From positions 142,416,001 through 142,480,000 of the forward strand of contig CM059431.1 of assembly GCA_030390025.1 (NCBI GenBank): a stretch of DNA of 64,000 bases, given 5' to 3'. The notes beneath the pieces are model-generated. The model was not told the origin of the DNA, made no database searches, and saw only the letters and a list, made by a program, of their open reading frames with translations. Numbering within the stretch: position 1 is the first letter of the stretch; each line of letters begins with the position of its first letter. Origin of the DNA: Squalus acanthias. Lineage: Eukaryota. The position numbers and the translations under genes were made by a program. Of this stretch, positions 27,230 to 38,659 are shown in pieces.

Positions 27230-30171
27230 TATGGCAGGGGGCTAGAAACCCATGTAGTGAAATAGAGGAAAGTGAAAGGCAGACAGAAATAAATGGTAAA
27301 AAGGAGAGGAACAAAAAACAAAGGGCCAAACTAATTCATAAAAAATGTGAGCATAAAAAAAGCCTGAGGGTTTTATACCTTAATGCGAGAAGCATCAGGA
27401 ACAAGGTAGATGAATTAGCTGTGGAAATAGAGGTTAATAATTATGATCTAATTGGGATTACGGAAACATGGTTGCAGGGTGAGCAGGGCTGGGAGCTTAA
27501 CATACAGGGGTATTCAGTATTTAGGAAGGATCGACAAAAAAGAAAGGGAGGAGGGGTAGCATTGCTGGTAAAAGAGGGGATAAATGCAATTGAAAGGAAG
27601 GATATTAACTCAGTTAATACAGAATCTATATGGGTGGAGCTAAGAAATAGCGAGGGGCGAAAAACATTAATAGGAGTGGTATATAGGCCTCCAAATAGTA
27701 AAATAGAGGTTGGGGAGGGCATCACGAGGGAAATTAGAGAAGCGTGCAATAAGAGCACAGCTGTCATCATAGGTGACTTTAACTTACATATAGATTGGAC
27801 TAGCCTAATCAGTAAAAATAATGAGGAGGAGGAATTCCTTGAGTGTTTAAGGGATGGTTATCTGGATCAATATGTCGAGGAACCAACTCGGGAACAGGCT
27901 ATATTGGACTGGGTACTGTGCAATGAGAAGGGACTAATTAGTAATCTTGTTGTACGGGGACCCTTGGGTCAGAGCGATCATAACATGATCGATTTCTCAC
28001 TCGAAATGGAGAGCGAAGAAATTGACTCAGAGACTCAGGTCCTGAATTTAAACAAGGGGAATTATGATGCCATTAGACGGGAACTGAGTAGGTCTGATTG
28101 GACAACGTTCCTGGGAGGACTGGAGGTAGATAAACAATGGCAAGCATTTAAAGATAGAATGACAAAATTGCAAAAATTGTTTATACCAATCTGGCATAAA
28201 AGGAAATCTAAAAAGGTGACTCAACCGTGGATAACAGGGGAAATTAGAGACAGCATAAAATCCAAAGATAGGGCGTATAAAATAGCCAAAAAACGCGCCA
28301 GAGCGGAAGATTGGGAACAGTTTAAGATAGAGCAAAGGAGGGCAAAGGGCTTAATCAAGAAGGGCAAAATAGCTTACGAAAGCAAGCTGGCGGAAAATAT
28401 AAAAACTAACTCCAAAAGCTTTTATAAGTATATCAAGAGGAAAAGACTGGTGAAAACCAAAGTTGGTCCATTGCAGTCAGATACGGGGGAATATATAATG
28501 GGAAATAAGGAAATGGCAGACCAACTAAATGCATACTTTGGGTCAGTCTTTACGAAGGAAGACACAAAAAACCTCCCTGGGATATCGGGAAAAATAGGGA
28601 CATTGGCAAAGGAGGAACTGACGCAAATCAATATCTCTAAGGATATGGTGTTAAGGAAGCTAAAGGGATTGAAGGCGGACAAATCCCCAGGGCCTGATAA
28701 CATGCATCCTAGGGTACTGAAGGAGGTGGCCCGAGAGATAGCGGATGCACTAAGCATGATTTTTCAGAATTCATTAGACTCGGGAACAGTGCCCATGGAT
28801 TGGAGGGTAGCTAACGTTACCCCACTATTCAAAAAGGGGGGTAGGGAAAAAGCAGGTAATTACAGACCTGTAAGCCTTACATCAGTTGTGGGCAAAATGC
28901 TGGAGTCCATCATTAAGGATGAAATAGCCGAGCACTTAGCAAATGGGGACAGGATAGGACAGAGTCAACATGGATTTACAAAGGGTAAATCGTGCTTGAC
29001 TAATCTATTGGAATTTTTTGAGGGAGTAACTGGTAAAATAGATGGGGGAGAGCCAGTAGATGTGGTGTACCTGGACTTCCAAAAGGCCTTCGATAAGGTC
29101 CCACATAAAAGATTAGCATGGAAAATTGAAGCTCATGGGATAAAGGGGAAAGTATTGACGTGGATAGAGAACTGGCTGTCAGATAGAAAACAGAGAGTTG
29201 GAATAAACGGCTCATTTTCTGAATGGCAGGCAGTAACAAGTGGGGTACCACAGGGATCTGTCCTGGGTCCCCAGCTGTTCACAATTTATATTAATGACCT
29301 GGATCAGGGAGTCGAATGCAGCATTTCCAAATTTGCAGACGACACTAAACTAGGAGGGGGGGTGGGCTCAGAGGAGGAGACCAGGAAGCTCCAGAGCGAT
29401 TTGGACAGACTGGGTGATTGGGCGGATAAATGGCAGATGCACTATAATGTGGACAAGTGCGAAGTTATCCACCTTGGGTGCAGGAACGGGAGGGCAAATT
29501 ATTATTTAAATGGCAATAAATTGGGAGAGGGGGAAGTACAGAGAGACCTGGGTGTTCTTGTACACCAGTCACTGAAGGCGAGCATGCAGGTGCAACAGGC
29601 GGTCAAGAAGGCAAACGGTATGCTGGCCTTCATAGCAAAAGGGTTGGAATACAGGAACAGGGATACCTTGCTGCAGCTGTACAGGGCACTGGTGAGACCA
29701 CACCTCGAGTACTGTGTACAGTTTTGGTCGCCTCATCTGAGGAAAGATGTTCTTGCCATGGAGGGGGTGCAGCGGCGATTCACCAGGCTGATACCAGGAA
29801 TGGCGGGATTGACCTATGAGGAGAGACTATGTAGTTTAGGGATGTACACACTGGAGTTTAGAAGATTGAGAGGGGACCTCATAGAAGTGTATAAAATTCT
29901 GACAGGTCTAGACAGATTAGATGCAGAAGGAATGTTTCCCTTGGCGGGTGAGAACAGAACTAGAGGACATAATTTAAGGATAAGGGCTAAACCATTTAGG
30001 ACAGAAATGAGGGGGAATTTCTTCACTCAGAGAGTGGTGAACCTGTGGAACTCATTGCCACAGAGGGCAGTGTACGCCAGCTCATTAAATATATTTAAGA
30101 GGGAATTAGATATATTTCTACAGGCAAAAGGGGTTAAGGGTTACGGAGAGAAGGCGGGGACGGGATACTGA
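27220..30171 (+). CDS. CR1 ORF2 endonuclease/reverse transcriptase
   Basis: The frame is open from 27205 to 30171. It includes LYLNARS upstream of the track's GTG start at 27421, then ITETW, YRPP, GDFN, SDHN, QHGF, GVPQGS and KFADD. There is no in-frame ATG before the endonuclease domain. Confidence 0.9.
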   Translation, partial: FKLVWQGARNPCSEIEESERQTEINGKKERNKKQRAKLIHKKCEHKKSLRVLYLNARSIRNKVDELAVEIEVNNYDLIGITETWLQGEQGWELNIQGYSVFRKDRQKRKGGGVALLVKEGINAIERKDINSVNTESIWVELRNSEGRKTLIGVVYRPPNSKIEVGEGITREIREACNKSTAVIIGDFNLHIDWTSLISKNNEEEEFLECLRDGYLDQYVEEPTREQAILDWVLCNEKGLISNLVVRGPLGQSDHNMIDFSLEMESEEIDSETQVLNLNKGNYDAIRRELSRSDWTTFLGGLEVDKQWQAFKDRMTKLQKLFIPIWHKRKSKKVTQPWITGEIRDSIKSKDRAYKIAKKRARAEDWEQFKIEQRRAKGLIKKGKIAYESKLAENIKTNSKSFYKYIKRKRLVKTKVGPLQSDTGEYIMGNKEMADQLNAYFGSVFTKEDTKNLPGISGKIGTLAKEELTQINISKDMVLRKLKGLKADKSPGPDNMHPRVLKEVAREIADALSMIFQNSLDSGTVPMDWRVANVTPLFKKGGREKAGNYRPVSLTSVVGKMLESIIKDEIAEHLANGDRIGQSQHGFTKGKSCLTNLLEFFEGVTGKIDGGEPVDVVYLDFQKAFDKVPHKRLAWKIEAHGIKGKVLTWIENWLSDRKQRVGINGSFSEWQAVTSGVPQGSVLGPQLFTIYINDLDQGVECSISKFADDTKLGGGVGSEEETRKLQSDLDRLGDWADKWQMHYNVDKCEVIHLGCRNGRANYYLNGNKLGEGEVQRDLGVLVHQSLKASMQVQQAVKKANGMLAFIAKGLEYRNRDTLLQLYRALVRPHLEYCVQFWSPHLRKDVLAMEGVQRRFTRLIPGMAGLTYEERLCSLGMYTLEFRRLRGDLIEVYKILTGLDRLDAEGMFPLAGENRTRGHNLRIRAKPFRTEMRGNFFTQRVVNLWNSLPQRAVYASSLNIFKRELDIFLQAKGVKGYGEKAGTGY

Positions 30172-30732
30172 ATTGAAGGATCAGCCATGATCTCATTAAA
30201 TGGCGGAGCAGGCTCGAAGGGCCGGATGGCCTACTCCTGCTCCTATCTTCTATGTATCTATGTATCTATGTATCAACACTGAGGGAGTACGTTTACCATA
30301 TGGACTGCAGCGGTTCAAGATGACAGCTCACTGCACCTTCTTAAGGGCAACTAGCTTTGGGCAATAAATGCTGGCCTTGTCAGCGAAGCCCGTATCCGAA
30401 GAATTAATTCAAAAATCGTTGCAAATTTTCCTATTTATACCCAGGTTACTTCATTGCAAACAAGAGATAGAAGTTCATTGATTTATTTTAGCAATCGCAA
30501 ATTTGAAATTTGAGCTGATCCTTGCCTTGTCCTGATCCCTGTGGAGTTGATTATTTAACTAGAGAATAGTGGAACTCTGGGAAAGGCGGCCGAGTCGTGC
30601 GATGAACGCCTTCTCGCTGAATTAGGGAGAATAATCCCACATTATTCTCCCCAAGGTGTCCTGGGTTTCAATTTGGTTTTTCGCGTCTCACAAGAGCTCC
30701 CGTGGTTTTGGATAGGGTGGAGAGAGAATATA

Positions 30733-31437
30733 TTGGGCCTGAAATTGCGATCGGAGACTTCCTGCGGGCAAAAGCCTCTGAACTACAAGTAAAATACGCA
30801 CCTACCTGCTGCCTCGGGACCTACGGACACTTGCGCTCCTGGGTCTCTACGCGTACGTCTTTATAAAGGTCCGCATATCCCAGGAGGGCATGTGGTTCCC
30901 AAATGTCCCTGGGATCAGGTGGGCCGGTGCAACCAATCAAAAAAGGGGGATTCCCATTATGCTTATGGTGATCTCATTTACATACGGAATCTCCATAAAA
31001 ATAATAGAAATCACCCAAAAATAATTTTTCACGAAACTGAAAAAAAGTATTAAAATTAATAAAAATACAAACTTTTTTATAAATACACAAATTTTGAAAA
31101 AAATCAATTTTTGAAAAAATAAATTTAAACATTTTTAAATGTTCCAAAAATAAGCTAATCAAATTTTAAAGGTTTTTTCTCTTTAAATAATTTTTAAAAT
31201 ATTTATTAAAATCCTTATTCTGTTAAAAGAAGGGCTTAAACTCGCTTTTAACAGGCGTAAGATTTTCACGGGCATTTGCTGGCCATCAGTTGGCAAAAAA
31301 AACCACTCTCCGCCAGTGAATGTCCATTTCCCAGGGATTTGTACGATCTGTCAAGCTGAAACTTGACATCACCTGCGGAAACCTGAAATGTGCTGGGTGC
31401 GCCCGCGGTCAGAGGCCCCGGAAAATTTGGGCCAATG
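30733..31437. mobile_element. Putative non-autonomous DNA transposon (MITE-like) with imperfect terminal inverted repeats
   Basis: Ends are attgggcctgaaattgc and ggaaaatttgggccaat. GC-rich arms surround an AT-rich core at ~30990-31220. No clear TSD. Confidence 0.35.
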
Positions 31438-31509
31438 TGATACATCAGCTTCCTCATTATTCTGAGCCCTTTCTGCTCAAATCAAACTAATTATTTCTTC
31501 TTGTTCCGT

Positions 31510-33770
31510 ACTGGTGGTGGGAGTGAATGTTTAAGGTGGTGGATGGGGTGCCAATCAAGCGGGCTGCTTTGTCATGTATGGTGTCGAGCTTCTTGTGTGT
31601 TGGTAGAGCTGCACTTATCCAGGCAAGTGGAGGGTATGCTACCCCACTCCTGACGTGTGCCTTGTAGTTGGTGGAAGGGATTTGGGGAGTCAGGAGGTGA
31701 GTCACTAGGAGCAGAATACCCAGCCTCTGTCCTGCTCTTGCAGCTGCAGTATTTATGTGGCTGGTCCAGTTAAGTTTCTGGTCAATGGTCACCCCTGTAC
31801 GAAAGGCTGATATTTAGAGATATTTCGTAGACGAGAATCATATATATATAAATTCAAGTGCAGCCATTGACCAAATAATATTACCCATAATTACTCCTGT
31901 GTAACTATAATGCTAAAACTTGTTCCGAATGCAGCTGCAAGGACAATCAGTAGCAGTTTTGACTAAGCTCTGATAAGAAACAGCCACAGGCTGCGACTGA
32001 AGGTTAAATTGTTAAATGACATATCCTAATGCTAAGTAGGAATTAGAGTTCGCTTAACAAAAATAATTGCCAAGATAATTAAAAGTTAATTAGTAAAAGG
32101 ATTATAAAATGAGAGAGTTCATGGGATTTAAGGTATCCAGCAGGTAGATTGCAGTAAGATAGTCTGGATACTCTCAAGACTACTGAAACATTGCACACAT
32201 GGGCTGGGCCCTTGGTATAAGGCCTTGTACTGCTTGTATCAGGGAAGCAGGAATCAAGAGATATGGTAAATTCCAATGGGGTGAAAAACTACAAACAAGG
32301 TGACAAGACAGCAGGATAGGGTTGTGGAAAGTTCTGGAAAAAGGTGCTACTGAGTGACAATGGTATTTTGACCATTAGAACTAATCAAAGAAGGTGACTT
32401 TGTTAAAGGCCATATATGGACATTGGCTAAACCAACTTCTGATAAGAAATTGGTTAAACCCTTGATACTCAAACAATAACTTCACACAGACTTACTGCGA
32501 GAACAAAGGAACAGACTTAAGATGAAGTCATCTGTTTCTGAGAGGCTCCAGAGACCGAGGGCTGCGAGATACTGGTTAGAACTATCGCCAATGTTAACTA
32601 TATTACGCTGTAAGCATCATAAATCTTGATCTATTGCTCAAACATACTGGCTGCTGCCTTTTGGTGTCTTGTCCAAGAACTCTGAGAGATCCCCCATGAT
32701 GTTGATGGTCGGGGAATCAGCGGTGGTAAAGCCGTTGAATGTAAAGGGGCTGTGGCAAGACTCTCTCTTGTTGAATATGTTCATTGCCCGGCATTTGTTG
32801 CTGTGAATGCTACTTGTTAGTTATCCGCCCAAACCTGAATGTTGTCCAGGTATTGCTGAATGCGGGCATGGATTGCTTCATTATCTGAGGAGTTGCAAAT
32901 GGAACTGAGCACTGTGTAATCTTCAGCGTACACCCCACTTATGACCTTATGATAGAGGGAAGGTCATTGATGAAGCAGCTGAAGCTGGTTAGGTCTAGGA
33001 CACTACCCTGAGGACCTCCTACAGCGATGCCCTGGGGCTGAGATGATTGACCTCCAACAGCAACAACCAACTTCCTTTGTGCTAGGTACGACTCCAGACT
33101 GTGGAGAGTTTACCCCTGATTCCCATTGACCTCCAGTTTACTAGACATCCTTGATGACACACTCTGGCAAATGCTGCCTTGATGTCAAGGGCAGTCACTC
33201 TCACCTCACCTCTGGAATTCAGGTCATTTGTCTATGTTTTGACAAAGGCTGTACAGAGGCCTGGAGACGTGCGGTCCTGGCGGAACCCAAACTGGACATC
33301 GGTGAGCAGGTTATTGATGGGTAAGTGCCACTTGAAAGCACTGTTGCTGACATCTTCCATCACTTTGCTGGTGATTGAGAGTAGACTGATGGGGCGGTAA
33401 ATTGCCGGGTTGAATTTGTCCTGCTTTTTGTGGACAGGGCATACCTGGGCAGTTGTCTACATTGTCGGATAGATGCCACTGCTGTAGCTGGACAAGAACT
33501 GCTTGGCAAGAGGTGCGGGTAGTTCTGGAGCACAAGTCTTCAGCACGACAGCCGGGATGTTGTCGGGGCCCAAAGCCTTTGCTCTATCCAGTGCGCTCAA
33601 CCGTTTCTTGATATCACGTGAAGTAAATTGTATTGGCTGAAGACTTGTTTCTGTGATGGTGGGGAACTCAGGAGGAGGCCGAGATGGTCATCCACTCGGC
33701 ACTTCTGGCTGAAAATTGCAGCAAAAGCTTCAGCCTTGTCTTTTGCACTTGTCGTTTGTACTCCGCCATC
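31510..33770 (-). mobile_element. Decayed LINE (second family) RT region, interrupted at 31796-32690
   Basis: ORF 31487-31792 (TIDQKLNWTSHIN...DKAARLIG) and DKAEAFAAIFSQKCRV are LINE ORF2-like. The flanks gtcaatggtcacccc and ccccatgatgttgatggt join across the insert. Confidence 0.75.
31796..32690 (+). mobile_element. ~0.9-kb non-coding insertion, possible solo LTR
   Basis: It cleanly interrupts the LINE at a C-run and starts with TGT. An internal motif ctgataagaaa occurs twice. The 3' CA end is not unambiguous. Confidence 0.4.
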
Positions 33771-33782
33771 AATGAAACAAAG

Positions 33783-34005
33783 ATTGACCGACACTTGGAA
33801 CGGACTCCCAGGTAAATCAGTGGAGGGGAAAACTCTGGACACATTGAAGAAATGATTGATGCTGACACTTGGAGCGGACTCCCAGGTAGATCAGTGGAGT
33901 GGAAACTCTGGAAACATTGAAGAAATGATTGATGCTGACACTTGGAACGGACTCCCAGGTAGATCAGTGGTGGGCAAACTCTGGACACATTGAAGAATGA
34001 TTGCT
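33783..34005. repeat. Three tandem copies of a ~74-bp unit
   Basis: GACACTTGGARCGGACTCCCAGGTA occurs at 33790, 33864 and 33937. Confidence 0.9.
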
Positions 34006-34984
34006 GCTGCGAGTGAGGTCAGGTTGGAATGAAGCCACAAGGTCTCGATCACCTGCGAGGTCCGGAACTGCGCCTGAAGGTTCTTCTCCTACTGCCGGCG
34101 CTCGGCCATGACAGGGATCGCCACTGGGCAGTGTGGGGTAAGGGTGTCGGGGTATTCGGGGGAGGTGTTGTTGACCTGGGCCGTGTAAATGGGCGGGACT
34201 GCAAAACTCGGCCTTTTAATTGAACACCAGGTTACCAATTGTTAAACCCGAGAAACCGAAGACTGTTGAACAACAGGGCGCAGACAGAGCAGGCGCACTG
34301 CAGGGAGTCATAATCCACTCGGTCACTTCCTGCCCTCTCAGAAGAACCAGTCTCCAGAATGATTAATACTGACCGCCTTATGAACAGCAAATACACTGCG
34401 GGATAATCATCCCCAATCGAACCCCTTAAAGCGGCAAAAACCCACAGCTTTATACGGTCCGTTTCCCTTCCCTCCCAGGCCCTGTGTTTCTGCTCAGCCT
34501 GTGACAAGAGTGAATTGAAAAAACTCCCACGTTGTTATTAAATCCCATCGACAAACACACCATCAACTACATTGAAAACGGAGCAATACAGACAGATCCT
34601 GTATTCATTTCACACTCACTCACACTGCCTTTGACAATATTGTGTAACATGAGACCCTTAAACCACATTAAACTGCCCCACATTGCCGCCCTCGCTCACT
34701 GGATAGACCCAGGCATTCTCTGGATGCAATGTTCGCCATTAATTCCCGACTTTAATTTGCTGTCACCTATGAATATCTTTTGTTACCGTCATCCAGCTCA
34801 TCTGTGTAAAAATAACAAGACCCTCAGCACCACTATTTCGGGCACTTCACACGGCGCCTCTTCCCATTCTTAAGATTCATTTTGATGGATGCTCTCGATC
34901 AATTCTCGTCTCTACTCCGCCCAGCTGGTGCTTTATTCGGACTGTACAGACAGAGTAAGAGGAATCGACAGACAGGGAGTTTTT

Positions 34985-35570
34985 GTTACATCTTTGCTTT
35001 TGTTTCCTCCAGACTCGATTATTCCAATATTGACCTGGCCGTCCTCCCATCTTCCACCCTCTGTAAACTTCAGCTCTTCCAAATCTCTGCTGCCCGTGTC
35101 CTTTACTCGCACCAGGTCCGGTTCACCATCACCCCCTGTGCTCGCTGGCCTACATTGGCACCCGGTCCAGCAACAACTCGATTTAAAATTCTTGAGTTGA
35201 ATCCATTCATGGATCGCCTATCCCTATCTCTGTAACCTCATCCATCCCAAAAATCTTCCCAGAACTCTGCATTCCTCAGACTCTGACACCTTGCGAACCC
35301 CGATGTCCTTTGCTCCAACATTGGCGGCCGTGCCTTCAGCCGTCTGGGCCGCAAGCTCTGGCAGTCCCTCCCTGCACCCCTTTATTGTTTCAGCTCTCTC
35401 TCCGCATTATAACGCGCCTTAAAACCTACCTCTTTGACCAAACCTTTGGTCACTTGTCCCAACGTCTCCATATGTGCCTCGGATTCAAGTTGTTTGCACT
35501 ATCGCTCCTGTGAGGCGCCATGTGACGTTTCACTACGTTAAAGTTGCTACATCAATGCAAATGGTTGTTG
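34985..35570 (+). mobile_element. L2-like LINE 3' fragment
   Basis: AFVSSRLDYSN...LQLFQISAARVL and PVLAGLHW peptides, ending in a gttgttg tail. Confidence 0.75.
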
Positions 35571-35904
35571 ATTTTGTGAAGCAGAGCGACAGAGCGATGG
35601 AGCGATAGTGAGAGAGAGATACTAGGACACAGAGAGAAACAGACTGAGACACAGACATAGACTGAAATAGATATAGAGACATTGGAGCAAAAGAGTGCCC
35701 CTGTGTGCGTGAGAGAGACTTCCAATTCTGTGAATTTGATCCATACGCCCTATGATACTTTAGGTTACTGGCTCCCGTGGAGAGGGACCCGAATGGCCCA
35801 GTGAAGGCCTGTTGATGTGTCGGACTCAGGAGGTTCAATATCAAATGAAGTTCATTCGTAAAATGATCATAGACTGAATTCTGGGACCAGAAATCAATTT
35901 GGAC

Positions 35905-36900
35905 CACATAGAGTCATAGAGCCATATGGCACAGAAGGTGCCATTCGGCCCATCGAGTCCGTGCCGGCTCTCTGTAGCGCAATCCAGTCAGTCCCATTCC
36001 CTGCTCTATCCCCGTAGCCCTGTAAGTTTATTTCCCTCAAGTGCCTGTCCAGTCTCCCCTTGAAAATATTCAGTGTCTCCGCTTCAACCACTTCCGTGGG
36101 CAGCGAGTTCCAGGTCCTCACCACTCGCTGTGTAAAAAAGATTTTTCTCACATCCCCCCTATATCTCGTGCCCAAAACCGTAAATATGTGTCCCCTAGCC
36201 CATGTACCATCAACTAGTGGAAACAGCCTTTCCCCGTCTTGCCTATCCAAACCCGTCTTAATCTTGTACACCTCTATCAAATCACCCCTCAACCTCCTTT
36301 GCTCTAATGAAAACAAATCCAGTTTCTCCAATCTGTCCTTGCAGCTAAGATCCCCCATCCCCGGAACCATTCTGGTAAAACAACTCTGCATCCTCTCAAG
36401 GGCCTTTACATCCTTCCTAAAGTGTGGTGACCAGAATTGGACAAAATAACCAGCGCTCCATAAGTGTTCAGCATAACTTCACTACTGTTGTACTCAATAC
36501 ATCTATTTATGAAGCCCGCGATCCCATATGCTTAGTTAACCACTCTCTCACTATCTCCTGCCACTTTCAGGGACCTATGCACATTAACTCCCAGGTCCCT
36601 CTGTCCCTATACACTCTTTAAAACTTTGCAATGATGTGTATATTGCCTCTCCCTGTTCCTTCTGCCAAAATGCATCACCTCACACTTCTCTGTATTAAAT
36701 TCCATCTGCCACTTGTCTGCTCATTCTGCTAGTCTTTCTATGTCCTTTTGCAATCGGTAGGTCTCATCCTCACTATTTTCCACTACCCCAAGTTTGGTGT
36801 CATCGGCAAATTTAGAAATTCTACTCTGTATTGCGATATCCAGATCATTTATATATATCAAAACGGCAGTGGCTCCAGCACTAAACCTTGGGGAACACCC
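35905..36900 (-). mobile_element. 5'-truncated CR1
   Basis: ORF 36721-36924 has SKFADD and ORF 35894-36391 is the C-terminus. A catagagtcatagag tail is present. Confidence 0.88.
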
Positions 36901-36949
36901 AAGGAGTGCGTGATGCTTACACATTTTAAGGATTTCTGACCTGTATTTA

Positions 36950-37470
36950 TACCATGCTTTACGTGAGATGGTGTGCTTCGTTCGGTAGTATCAGGGGAGC
37001 TGTATGCTGATTTGGACACTAGCTGTATTAGAGTTCACTGTGCTTGATTAATGACTCTACATTGAGATTTATATCGCACCTAACCCCTGTCTACGTGGCC
37101 TGTGAGTTTTTGATGGGACATTGTTGAAGTAGCTTTAGTCTGTTTCTAACCCGTGTTGTACCTGCACTGAGAATGGTGGATGGAACAGTGTGTCGGGGGA
37201 GCTGTATTCTGTATCTGATCCGTGGTGGTCCTAAACTCAGAGTGTTTGATGGCACAGTGTAGAGAGAGCTTTACGCTGTACCTGACGTGGGAGTGTTTGA
37301 TGGGCAGTTTAAGCATGCTTTACACTGTATGTAACCCATGCTGCACCTGACCTGGGAGTGTTTGATGGGACGGTGTTGAGGTTGATTTACTCTGTATTAA
37401 TCTCGTGCCGTAACTTAACTGCGAGTGTTTGTTGGGACAGTTTAGATGGAGATTTATCTCGTATTGCCCA
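36950..37470. repeat. Degenerate ~67-bp tandem repeat
   Basis: Recurring tgtatctaacccgtgctgtacctgccctgggagtgtttgatgggacagtgtagagggagcttta-like units. The same repeat occurs at 39370-39680. Confidence 0.75.
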
Positions 37471-38659
37471 TGATTTCACCTCTATTATTGTTCCAATGGC
37501 CCAACCCATTGATAGCCCTGTTGATCCCTTCACATTGCCTCTGACGCCCCTTCCTGATACATTGAATAGACTGGGTTTGGAACACAGTGCAGCTTGTGAT
37601 ATCTTCATCCAAGCACCATCACATCAAACTGCCTTCCACTGCCAAAGCAAGAGCGAGACACACTGCCTGATATTATGCGAGGGAGAATTTGGGGTGTATA
37701 AATCAAAACGTGAACATTGAATAATGGGTCTTCGTATTTGGAGGATGGGAGGGAAATGATTAAGGGGCAATTTTGCGAGGCTGTGCTCCTTGGTTAACGA
37801 GGTTGGAGTACTTGGGAACGAGGTCGGAGACAGGACTGAATGTACAGCATGTGTTTATTCCCAGTGAGACTGCACACCAGGAGCAGAGCATGGTCATGTG
37901 ACCCTGTGACACATCGACTGGGCGGAGATCCGGCTATTTTGTGACATTGTTGCCGGCTGCTGTATGATTGGCTCCTGGCTCCTTTGTGATGTCACCTGGA
38001 GACAGGTTTCCGCCCATGGTTACGCTCCATCAGTGGTGTGTTACTGTGGGCGGAGCTAGAGTTGGTAGCAGATATTGTGAGTGAGTATAACCCCGATAAT
38101 TAGGGACAAGGAAAAAAAAGAACAATTTAATATTAAATAAATAATTCAACCAAATGTCATTAATTGTAAATATATTCAAATTAAATGTATTCGCAGTCGC
38201 AATGTTACTCAAATTGTATTCCGATCACAGTTTATGGAATTAATATTAATAATGTTTATATTGATAGTTTCTTGGAGTCAGCAGAATCTCAGGAGTGTGG
38301 CGAGAGAGAGAGAAGTCGAATCATCACAATATTACCTGGGACAGGACAAACGTCATTGGGTTCACAGAACAGAACTGGAGATATCATGGACCTCAGCTTG
38401 AAACACCGGTTAAAACAGGAAACTACAGCAATGATTGGAAGGATGGGGAACTTTCATGAGAATCCAATCAGTCCAGGATTTTGCCGAGGTGAGAGTCGAA
38501 CTTGGCATCAGCAGCTGTTCAACATTTGCTAAAAAGGCTCGGCCTTTGATGCGGCAAATTTGCCTGGGGATTGACTGGTGTGCGAAACTTTTCCATACCT
38601 CACCTGGGAGCGCCTAGGAATTACATATACATGGAATTTTATCCTGTGACTGTACCGTG

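Larger units (their letters stand above)
26813..30274 (+). mobile_element. Young CR1 LINE, 5'-truncated within ORF1, intact ORF2
   Basis: Esterase ORF1 remainder (HVGTND...DGRHL) ends at TAG 27229. ORF2 is uninterrupted. A 3' hairpin at ~30206-30242 is followed by a (CTATGTAT)3 tail at 30250-30274. Confidence 0.96.

Noticed and set aside
33850..33940. Box C/D snoRNAs in the 74-bp repeats (ATGATT...CTGA)
   Set aside because: The C box is imperfect, there is no terminal stem and no recognisable rRNA guide.
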